From NCBI GenBank assembly GCA_048882485.1, contig JBHLRP010000025.1, forward strand, positions 1-19,094: DNA of 19,094 nucleotides, read 5' to 3'. This document shows positions 8,849-16,795 of this stretch, in pieces. Position numbers and translations under genes: made by a program. Numbering within the stretch: the first letter of the stretch is position 1; each line of letters starts with the position of its first letter. Below the pieces are notes generated by a model, which was not told the origin of the DNA, made no database searches, and saw nothing but the letters and a program-made list of their open reading frames with translations. This DNA comes from Candidatus Thorarchaeota archaeon (GTDB lineage Archaea; Asgardarchaeota; Thorarchaeia; Thorarchaeales; Thorarchaeaceae).

Positions 8849-9736
8849 ATGAAGGATCCTATGCAAGTCATTGAAGACACAACCTTCCGTCTTCTCAAAA
8901 TGGCTGTAACAAGACTGCCCAAAGATGTTGAAGCCGCATTGAGGTCAGCACGTGACCGTGAGGACAATGAGACCGCCAAGACTCAGCTCTCCGCAATCAT
9001 CCAGAATCTGGACATTGCTGAAACAGGAGTCCCAATGTGCCAAGACACTGGCATCATAATCTTCTATGTCAAGGTTGGCAGCAAGTTCCCATACATGGAT
9101 GAGATTAAGGAAGCCCTCACCAAAGCCACAAGAAGGGCTACTGCAGAGGTGCCAATTCGACCTAATGCGGTGAATCCGATTGTAGGTGGCAATTCAGGTG
9201 ATAATACCGGGGCTAAAATTCCCTGGATTAACTGGGAGATTTTACCTGGCGATTCATTGGAGATAATTGCGTTTCCCAAAGGTGGAGGGAGTGAGAATGT
9301 GTCCATTGTTGGCATGCTCAAACCCGGGGTTGGACTGACAGGTGTCAAGAAACTGGTTGTGGATAATGCAATGAGCTACATGGGCAAGGCCTGTGCTCCA
9401 AACTTAATTGGTGTGGGAATTGGGGGCGGTGCAGATATTTCTATTAAGATTGCAAAGCAACAGCTTCTACGACCACTTGACGATACACATCCTGAGCCTG
9501 AAGTGGCCAGGATTGAAGAGGAACTCATGGAGGCCATCAATGCCACAGACATTGGTCCTATGGGTCTTGGAGGCAAGACGACAGTTCTGGCAGTGAAGGT
9601 CGACTATGCCATGCGACATCCTGCAAGTCTACCTGTGGGAGTTGCAGTTCAGTGTTGGGCCGCAAGGCACAGCAAGGCTGTGATATCTAGGGATTTAGGA
9701 GTCACCTATGTGACACATCCATTGGAGGGTGAGTGA
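8849..9736 (+). CDS. fumA: Class I Fe-S fumarate hydratase (tartrate dehydratase family) alpha subunit
   Basis: P.CQDTG, PKGGGSEN, AC.P..IGVGIGG, GPMGLGG.TT and HPASLPV.V..QCWA.R. Confidence 0.92.
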   Translation: MKDPMQVIEDTTFRLLKMAVTRLPKDVEAALRSARDREDNETAKTQLSAIIQNLDIAETGVPMCQDTGIIIFYVKVGSKFPYMDEIKEALTKATRRATAEVPIRPNAVNPIVGGNSGDNTGAKIPWINWEILPGDSLEIIAFPKGGGSENVSIVGMLKPGVGLTGVKKLVVDNAMSYMGKACAPNLIGVGIGGGADISIKIAKQQLLRPLDDTHPEPEVARIEEELMEAINATDIGPMGLGGKTTVLAVKVDYAMRHPASLPVGVAVQCWAARHSKAVISRDLGVTYVTHPLEGE

Positions 9737-9737
9737 A

Positions 9738-10346
9738 ATGGCTGAATATCACTTTACGACACCTATCTCTGAAGAAGATGCCCGCAAACTAAAGGTAGGC
9801 GATGTGGTGTACGTCAGTGGTGAGCATGTCTACACTGCACGTGATGAGGCTCATGAGCGTGCTCTACACATGTATGAGAAAGGGGAAAAACCACCAGTGG
9901 ACTTCGAAGGCAGTGTTGTCTATCATGTAGGCCCTGTGGCATGGCAGAAAGAAGGAAAGTGGCAAATAGTTTCCGCTGGCCCCACCACGAGCATTAGAAT
10001 GGAGCTCTTTGAGGACGAATTCCTCCGAAAGTATAAGGCTCGCATCATCATTGGGAAGGGAGGCATGGGTGAGAAAACACTTGAAGCCCTCAAGGAGGTT
10101 GGTGCAGTATATTGCAGCTTCACTGGAGGATGTGGCGCTCTCGCTGCGAAGGGTCTGAAGGAAGTGCGCGCCTACGAGTGGAGCGACCTGGGTATGCCAG
10201 AGGCTCTTTGGGTCATTACCGCTGAGGAGTTTGGACCACTATTGGTGACGATGGACTCTCATGGTGGAAGCCTGCACAAGGTAATGGATGAAAGAGTGGC
10301 AGCTCGCAAGGCAGAGGTCTACGCTAAGATTGGCATAAAGGACTAG
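9738..10346 (+). CDS. fumB: Class I fumarate hydratase (tartrate dehydratase family) beta subunit
   Basis: L..GD.V..SG..YTARD.AH, YH.GP, AGPTTS.RM, IIGKGGM, LGMPEA.W and GPL.V.MDSHG. ATG 9738 lies just after the alpha stop. Confidence 0.92.
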   Translation: MAEYHFTTPISEEDARKLKVGDVVYVSGEHVYTARDEAHERALHMYEKGEKPPVDFEGSVVYHVGPVAWQKEGKWQIVSAGPTTSIRMELFEDEFLRKYKARIIIGKGGMGEKTLEALKEVGAVYCSFTGGCGALAAKGLKEVRAYEWSDLGMPEALWVITAEEFGPLLVTMDSHGGSLHKVMDERVAARKAEVYAKIGIKD

Positions 10347-10399
10347 ATATCTGTCCGCTAGAGATTATACACTGGAAACACATATCCCACATAATGTAG

Positions 10400-10729
10400 A
10401 TGCTAGTGGTAGTGGGATTCAGCGAGGTATCATCCTTGAGGAAAATTGTCCAGATTGTGTATAATGAAAACCCCAAGCTCAAACTTGACGTTGCAGTCTA
10501 CTACCCTGATAGCACTGAATATCGAATCCGGTATATCCACCCCACACATCACGCAGAGGTAGAAAACATATCGATGCTGTTGAAGGGTGTCGAGTTTGAT
10601 GAACCAAGAACGCTCACGGATTGGCACGGATTCATGAATGCACTCAGGATGCTACCTGATCAATACATTCGTTCACTTGATGTCATCTATTTGACACGCT
10701 CAGGAGAAGTAATGGAGGACCCGGAATAG
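10400..10729 (+). CDS. Hypothetical protein (~105-109 aa)
   Basis: Co-oriented ORF filling the space after fumB, with protein-like composition; no family recognised. Confidence 0.6.
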   Translation: MLVVVGFSEVSSLRKIVQIVYNENPKLKLDVAVYYPDSTEYRIRYIHPTHHAEVENISMLLKGVEFDEPRTLTDWHGFMNALRMLPDQYIRSLDVIYLTRSGEVMEDPE

Positions 10730-10816
10730 GCGTGGTCCTGGGAAACTCAGTTAAATGTATTATCAGACGGCGGCTGGCATTCTCGACGATTCCTTTGCCC
10801 TCATCTCCTTCCTAGC

Positions 10817-10924
10817 CTATGTTCCTAATGCTGCCAGTATCGGCACTGAAATTCCATATAGTGCCACTATTAGTAGCACTAGCATTGCGATGACCAGAAG
10901 GAGGTCCTCCGAATCCATAGTCAT
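10817..10924 (-). CDS. Putative 35-aa single-TM microprotein (not in ORF track)
   Basis: Hand translation: MTMDSEDLLLVIAMLVLLIVALYGISVPILAALGT*. An AT-rich TATTATA (minus strand, 10951-10957) lies about 27 nt upstream. Confidence 0.45.
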   Translation of the reverse strand: MTMDSEDLLLVIAMLVLLIVALYGISVPILAALGT

Positions 10925-11160
10925 GCATCCCCGATGGCTGCAAGTAGTGCTATAATACTACATATAGCGGTTCCCTATCAAGTAGCTTGTTTGCGCATTG
11001 ACATTGGGAATTGACGTTTCCCTTCCTAATTGAGATGCGCATTCATCGATTTTGCTCCTACAATGCATATTTCTTCGTGCAACCCCAACAGTAACTCTTA
11101 AACGGTGGCCTCGTGCCGACGGGTCAGGCTCAGATAGAGCTCTCCATCGGAGGACTGTAG

Positions 11161-12849
11161 TTGAACTACAAGACGATAATGTGCGATGTTCTCGTTGTAG
11201 GCGCCGGCGGTGCTGGATGTCGTGCAGCCATTGAGGCAGCAAGGCAAAATCTGGATGTTATCATGCTTAGCAAGGAGCTTCTTGGCAAGGCTCACACAGC
11301 AATGGCTGAGGGTGGCTACAATGTATCACTTGGGAACGTAGACCCTGATGACAACCCTGAAACACACTTCAAGGACACAATAGTCGGTGGAAACTATCTC
11401 AACAATCAGAAGCTTGCAGAAATTCTCGTTCGTGATGCCTCTGAGAGGATATTCGACCTTGAGGAGTATGGAGCTGTCTTTGATCGAACGCCCGAGGGGA
11501 AGATTGCTCAGAGACCCTTCGGAAAGCAGTCTTGGAGGCGTACCGCATATGCTTCTGACCGGACCGGTTCTGAGATCATGGTGACCTTGACCGAGGCGAT
11601 TAGGAAGACCTCGGTACGTGTGTTTGATGAGGTATTTGCTACCAAGATTCTCATTGAGGAAGGCAGAGTTGCAGGCGTCACTGCAATTGACTTGAAGTAT
11701 GGAGATTATCTTGTGTTCCGTTCCAAATCCGTTGTTATGGCAACTGGTGGCGCTGGTCGGATTTACGAGGTCACAAGCAATGCCCAGCTAGATGTCGGCG
11801 ATGGTTATGGAATGGCCTACGAAGCTGGCTGTGAGCTCATCGACATGGAGATGGTTCAGTTCCATCCAACAGGAATGGTGAAGCCTGAGTCAGCACGTGG
11901 CAGGCTTGTCACAGAAGCGGTACGCGGTGAAGGCGGTATCCTATTGAATAGTGAAGGTGAACGCTTCATGAATCGCTACTACCCAGAGGTCATGGAGCTG
12001 GCAGGCCGAGACCAAGTTGCACGTTCCATTATGACCGAGGTCCTAGAGGGTAGGGGCTCACCTGATGGAGGAGTCTATCTCAGTATAGCACACCTCCCGA
12101 AGTCTATTGTTGAGTTTCGACTTGAGAGCATGATCGAGCAGTTTGAGGATGCTGGTGTAGATATCCGTGAAGAGCCAATGCAAGTATCCCCGACTGCACA
12201 TCATTTCATGGGCGGCATCAAGATTGACGAGGAGTCTGGAACTAACATCCCTGGACTATATGCAGCGGGTGAGTGTACTGGTGGAGTGCATGGCGGAAAC
12301 AGACTTGGTGGCAATGCCTTAGCCGACACGCAAGTCTATGGAGCTCTCGCAGGTGAGAGTGCAGCAAAGTATGCCAAAGAGGGCATTCATGCAGGCATTA
12401 ATCGTGACGTGATCATCAAGGAGTTCGAGAAACTCGAGGCCATGCTGGAACGCAAGGAAGGCGTATCTCCTGCTGATGCTAGAGATGAGCTCACGAAGCT
12501 CATGTGGGAGAAGGTTCAGATCTTCAGAAAAGAGGATGAAATGCAAAACGCAGTCAAAGAGCTAAGGAGAATCGAGAAGGAAGTTGTTCCAAACATCAAG
12601 GTAGATGTACCAGTTAAGCGGTTCAACCCAGGTTGGCATCAGGCAGTTGAGTTCGAGCACATGGTGATGACAGCTCGAATGGTGGCCGAGGCTGCAGTGA
12701 TGCGCAAGGGAAGTAGAGGCGCACACTACCGTGTGGATGCTGACCCCAATGATAACGGCTATTACAACATCGTAATCCGGAAGGGCGAAGATGGCAAGAT
12801 GGAGCTTCGAAAGGAAGACCTCGTCATCACCGAAATCACACCCCCATAG
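11161..12849 (+). CDS. tfrA: Fumarate reductase/succinate dehydrogenase flavoprotein, TfrA-like
   Basis: GAGGAG dinucleotide fold, KAHTAMAEGG, QRPFG, QFHPT, LVTEAVRGEG, ELAGRD, HHFMGG, HGGNRLGGN and SRGAHYR. TTG start with a GGAGG SD; adjacent to a TfrB-architecture gene. Confidence 0.85.
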   Translation: MNYKTIMCDVLVVGAGGAGCRAAIEAARQNLDVIMLSKELLGKAHTAMAEGGYNVSLGNVDPDDNPETHFKDTIVGGNYLNNQKLAEILVRDASERIFDLEEYGAVFDRTPEGKIAQRPFGKQSWRRTAYASDRTGSEIMVTLTEAIRKTSVRVFDEVFATKILIEEGRVAGVTAIDLKYGDYLVFRSKSVVMATGGAGRIYEVTSNAQLDVGDGYGMAYEAGCELIDMEMVQFHPTGMVKPESARGRLVTEAVRGEGGILLNSEGERFMNRYYPEVMELAGRDQVARSIMTEVLEGRGSPDGGVYLSIAHLPKSIVEFRLESMIEQFEDAGVDIREEPMQVSPTAHHFMGGIKIDEESGTNIPGLYAAGECTGGVHGGNRLGGNALADTQVYGALAGESAAKYAKEGIHAGINRDVIIKEFEKLEAMLERKEGVSPADARDELTKLMWEKVQIFRKEDEMQNAVKELRRIEKEVVPNIKVDVPVKRFNPGWHQAVEFEHMVMTARMVAEAAVMRKGSRGAHYRVDADPNDNGYYNIVIRKGEDGKMELRKEDLVITEITPP

Positions 12850-12861
12850 GAGGCTCAAAGA

Positions 12862-14427
12862 ATGGCAAAGACAATCAAGACAAAGGTCCTCAGATACAAC
12901 CCTGACTCTGACAATGAGCCCTACTTCCAGGAATTCGATGTCGAATACGAGCCTGGAATGACGGTACTTGATGCCCTGCTTTACATTCAAGACAAGTTTG
13001 ATTCCAGCTTAGCCTTTCGATGGGAGTGTAGAGGTGGACAATGCGGTTCCTGTGCGGTCAAAGTGAATAGGCTCGCTCGAATTGCATGCAGGACCAAGGT
13101 GGACCCTGACGAGGAGTTGGTTCTAGAGCCTCTAGAGAAGATGCCTGTCATTAAAGACCTAGTCGTTGACATGGCTCAGACTACCTATCGCCTCAGAAGA
13201 ATCAGACCATACGTTGCTCGTGACAAGAAACCCCAGAGGCCAGAGATCATTCATGCTGAGGAGATTGAGAAGGTACGAGAGATTCGCAAGTGTATAGAGT
13301 GCAGTGCCTGTCTATCCAACTGTCCAATTGTTCATGAAACATGGGACTATCCAGGACCGATGATCATTAGGCAGATTGCAAGGCTTGAGCTTGACCCCCG
13401 CGATGTTGAGGACCGTGTGGCCATGGCCATGAACGAGTCCGTCTATAGCTGCACAACATGTAAGATGTGTACAGACATCTGCCCGAAGAAGATCGACATT
13501 CCCGCTCTAGCTGTAGAGCTTCTCAGAGCGAAAGCAGTTCAGGCAGGCTATCCACTTGCAGAAGGTCAGCAGGCCTTCCTTGATTCAATCAATGAGACCG
13601 GTAGAGCCGTACCAGTGAAAGATGCTCCACTTCTAAAAGAGGTCAAAGATGCGAAGTTCTTTGTTGATAATCCTCGTGGCAGGGTCGCTTTCTTCACAGG
13701 TTGTCTTATAGACTACCGAATGCAGAGCACTGGGAAGGCCTTGATTGAAGTCCTTAACCGAAACAACATCGATGTAGTCGTTCCGAAGGAGCAGTGGTGT
13801 TGTGCAAGTCCAGCCTTCAGGACTGGAGACCTCAATACTGCTCATTCTGCAGCAAGAAGAGTCACAGAGATATTCGAGGAGGCCTGCAAGGAATACGACT
13901 GTGACACAGTAGTAGTCGCATGTGCGGGTTGCGGTAAGACACTTCGTGAGGACCATCGCCCTTTCATTGAGGAAGAGCGTGGTGAGCCGCCGCTGTATAG
14001 AGTCTATGACATGGCCGAGTACATGATTCAGGTGATTGGAAAAGAGAACCTTGTCCCACCAAAGGGTGAGATAAAGATGAAGGTCACCTACCATGAGCCC
14101 TGCCATCTTGGCAGGGGTCAGCACGTCTATGACGAGCCAGTCGAGATTCTCAAGATGATCCCTGGTGTGGAATATATCGAGGACCCATACAGGAACAGGT
14201 GCTGTGGTGCAGGTGGTGGAGTCCGCGCTGGCCAGAGAGAGCTGTCTCAGAAGATTGCCACTACAAAGAAGGAGTACATCGAGGCCACAGGCGCTGATAT
14301 GGTCACTACAGAGTGCCCATTCTGTACAATCCAAATCAATGACATGATGAAAGAGAGTTCGACCGGGATGAAAGTCCGCTACATCCCTGATCTACTAGCT
14401 GAGTCCTACAGAAAGGGCGATTCTTAG
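12862..14427 (+). CDS. tfrB: Thiol:fumarate reductase subunit B-like: [2Fe-2S] + 2x[4Fe-4S] + two CCG (HdrB/HdrD-type) domains
   Basis: CRGGQCGSC...C; CIECSACLSNCP; CTTCKMCTDICP; FTGC...WCCASP...CAGC; YHEPCHL...CCGAGGG...CPFC. GGAGG SD. Confidence 0.88.
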   Translation: MAKTIKTKVLRYNPDSDNEPYFQEFDVEYEPGMTVLDALLYIQDKFDSSLAFRWECRGGQCGSCAVKVNRLARIACRTKVDPDEELVLEPLEKMPVIKDLVVDMAQTTYRLRRIRPYVARDKKPQRPEIIHAEEIEKVREIRKCIECSACLSNCPIVHETWDYPGPMIIRQIARLELDPRDVEDRVAMAMNESVYSCTTCKMCTDICPKKIDIPALAVELLRAKAVQAGYPLAEGQQAFLDSINETGRAVPVKDAPLLKEVKDAKFFVDNPRGRVAFFTGCLIDYRMQSTGKALIEVLNRNNIDVVVPKEQWCCASPAFRTGDLNTAHSAARRVTEIFEEACKEYDCDTVVVACAGCGKTLREDHRPFIEEERGEPPLYRVYDMAEYMIQVIGKENLVPPKGEIKMKVTYHEPCHLGRGQHVYDEPVEILKMIPGVEYIEDPYRNRCCGAGGGVRAGQRELSQKIATTKKEYIEATGADMVTTECPFCTIQINDMMKESSTGMKVRYIPDLLAESYRKGDS

Positions 14428-14819
14428 GTCTAATCATCGATCCAGAGGTCTTTTCCCTCTTCCATCGTGGAGTGAGCTCTATTACTTCATTACTGGGAAG
14501 TGACTTCCCCTCTCCTTGTTTCCTTGTTGCTCATAACCACTCTATTCCCTTTTGTCTTATTATATCAGGAGTCAGCACAAGGCATCAAGAGAGTCCTGTC
14601 GAAACGACTGCTCTACAAGAATTCCTATTATAAGAAAGGCAGGAGTAGGAAGCTTGTTTAGTGATTTATTCTCGTCTGTGGTTCTAAAGGGTGTTTTGTG
14701 GAGATCTGTATAGACCACTTGAGAAAGAATCAATCGTGAGAGTAAAAAGGCAAAGAACATCCTATTCTGGGGTATCGTACATAATATAGGGAAAAAGGAG
14801 GGAATAAGAGATTAGTATT

Positions 14820-15323
14820 GTGAGTAAAACCAATGGAGTTGGAATGAGAACATTAGAGCCGCTTGATGTATCTGTCTTTATGACACTGATGGCTGCAACT
14901 CTTCCATTCGCTCTAGGGTTTGTTTCCGACTACATTAGTATTGCAGCCGCGACATGGCTTCTCAATCTTTCACCACGAGGGTATAATTTGCATTTGCTTC
15001 TTCAGTTCTTTCCCTTATTGCAGTTCACATTCCTTCGGTTTGTGTTCGCCTTGCAGATGACCAGGCTATATCAGGGTAAGAGTTCCGTTCGGACTGCGAT
15101 TTACGTGGGCGTTATCAGTGAGTGCCCGTTCCTTGTTATAAGTATCATAAATGCACTGCCATCTCTTTGGAATCCTGCATATCCGTATGGATTCTCAGGA
15201 ATCCCGTTGCCATTCGTGTTGCTGGTAGGATGGTTGCTCATCAAACGATATCCCCCTCCAGTCAGACGAAAGACTTGGATTAAAGATGAGAAGACGGAGA
15301 CATGGTGGGAGTCAAGAAATTAA
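14820..15323 (+). CDS. Hypothetical multi-pass membrane protein
   Basis: About four hydrophobic segments and a Trp-containing charged tail (TW...TWWE). The start may be ATG 14844. Confidence 0.7.
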   Translation: MSKTNGVGMRTLEPLDVSVFMTLMAATLPFALGFVSDYISIAAATWLLNLSPRGYNLHLLLQFFPLLQFTFLRFVFALQMTRLYQGKSSVRTAIYVGVISECPFLVISIINALPSLWNPAYPYGFSGIPLPFVLLVGWLLIKRYPPPVRRKTWIKDEKTETWWESRN

Positions 15324-15991
15324 CATTGATTTTGAGGCTACTAAGAGAAGAGAGGCTTTCATTAAAGCAGAGCTGGATCGGATTTTGAAGAATGATTTTG
15401 AGAGCAGGCAACGCCTTGCTAGAGGGGCTCTGCCTCATGAAGAAGCTCTTGTGGAAGCAACATTGAGAGATTTCAAGAAAGATGCCAAGAAGAGGACCAA
15501 GGAAGCCGACTTAGTTCTTACTGTCAATATCTCAGGCACATTCTATCCGCTACTTGTCATTGAATTGAAGAAGAGAGTAGAGGGCAGTCCAACGAAGACT
15601 AGTCAAAAGGCACTTCGACAAGCATATGATTATGCCAGACAGATTGGTTGTGAATTCTATTCAATCTATGATGGGCATGTCTTCGTGTTGATGCAGTTTG
15701 ATTTCACTTATCTGATTGGGCAAGACATTCGATATTCACACTGACAAGAATGAATCCCTTTTCGCACGTAGCATGTGGGATGTGGCTGCTGAACTCAGGA
15801 GGGACATTGCTAACGGTCCGATGAAATCATTCAAAGATGAATCAGTCTTCCTGCATTGGAGAAATGCTATTAGAATAATCATTAGAGATGCTAACAAGAG
15901 GAGTCTAGAGAAGTCAGGTTTGACTATATCCGCTAAGGGTTACGAACAGGTGATAGATGAAGTGTTGAAGGTCTGGAAAGCTGCTCTATGA
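15286..15991 (+). pseudogene. Frameshifted HsdR N-terminal-like PD-(D/E)xK nuclease gene (ORFs 15286-15744 and 15716-15991)
   Basis: EADLVL...LLVIELK...QAYDYA...YSIYDG (motifs II, III and QxxxY). Removing one G from GGG at 15718-15720 joins both ORFs (..YLIGKTFDIH..). Confidence 0.6.
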
Positions 15992-16208
15992 CTTGAAGGA
16001 CTGAATATCATTACTACGTCTGACATAAAGTCGTGTATGTCATTTACCAAATAAAGAGAGGGCATTCCTGTAAGGGAAATCTTCAGCGTAGCACCTCCTA
16101 AATCTCTTCCAATCACCTATTATCTTCGCTGGTAAGCGACTTGATAAACTCAGGGCAACGCCATTACTTTCGTGAAGGTAAGTAACTTCACTATCCCCTC
16201 CTTTCCCC

Positions 16209-16216
16209 TTTAAATA
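16209..16216 (+). promoter_or_regulatory. TATA box of the methyltransferase gene
   Basis: TTTAAATA ends 34 nt before ATG 16250. Confidence 0.55.
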
Positions 16217-16249
16217 CTTTAGATTATGAAGTAATACACAGTGAAAAGT

Positions 16250-16792
16250 ATGAGTGATACTGCTAATCGACCACACACGTCAAACACAAGCTTCCGGGTA
16301 ATGGCTTGGTATCTCAAGTTTCGTGAACGATTCAGAAAACCTGCAGAATTTGTCAGCACCCTTGGAATTAGTGAGGGACACAAGGTTTTGGACTATGGAT
16401 GTGGGGTAGGAAGCTACACAATTCCTGCCGCAAGACTAGTTGGAGAGTCCGGAAAAGTCTATGCACTTGATATACATCCAATAGCGATTGAACGGGTTGA
16501 GAAGCGAGCTCGGAAGGAAGGTCTCTCAAACATTGTAACAATTCAATCAGATTTGGCTACTGGTCTTCCAGAAGGGCATCTTGACTTCGCGCTTCTTATC
16601 GATGTGTTTACATGGATAGATGATAAGATAGCTCTCCTAAAGGAGATTCATAGAATATTGAAACCCTTAGGGAAGCTTGTATTCCTTATCGATCATGCTT
16701 CTCCAGAGGAATGCAAGGAAATAGTTGGTGAGTCCGGTCTGTTCAAGCTTGTTCTTCAGGAGGAGAATGTGCTTCGATACGAGAAGATCTGA
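16250..16792 (+). CDS. Class I SAM-dependent methyltransferase (small-molecule type)
   Basis: VLDYGCGVG motif I, GKVYALDI, and EIHRILKP.GKL. Confidence 0.9.
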   Translation: MSDTANRPHTSNTSFRVMAWYLKFRERFRKPAEFVSTLGISEGHKVLDYGCGVGSYTIPAARLVGESGKVYALDIHPIAIERVEKRARKEGLSNIVTIQSDLATGLPEGHLDFALLIDVFTWIDDKIALLKEIHRILKPLGKLVFLIDHASPEECKEIVGESGLFKLVLQEENVLRYEKI

Positions 16793-16795
16793 GGA

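Noticed and set aside
10817-10940. Micro-ORF as a pilin substrate for the A24 peptidase
   Set aside because: An upstream in-frame RG exists, but no start codon lies between it and the preceding TAG, and there is no proper class III cleavage motif.
10755-11295. Short track ORFs 10755-10955 (+), 10958-11242 (-), 11052-11234 (+) and 11098-11295 (-)
   Set aside because: Atypical composition; they overlap tfrA or its leader, or are the antisense shadow of the hydrophobic micro-ORF.
11161-12849. Flavoprotein as L-aspartate oxidase (NadB), given nadC in the window
   Set aside because: It is directly followed by an SdhB/TfrB-type Fe-S gene, has SdhA/TfrA-type motifs including the FAD His, and lies 9 kb from nadC on the other strand.
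13633-14334. 233-aa antisense ORF and other shadow ORFs (e.g. 255-599, 3986-4408, 4421-4897, 12562-12990)
   Set aside because: They overlap well-supported genes on the opposite strand or frame and show no recognisable motifs.
16040-16276. 78-aa minus-strand ORF (and likewise 14572-14760)
   Set aside because: No motifs or convincing start signals; the first overlaps the MTase promoter and start.
15286-16792. Nuclease plus methyltransferase as a restriction-modification system
   Set aside because: The MTase is a short small-molecule type lacking DPPY/NPPY or PC motifs, and it has its own promoter.
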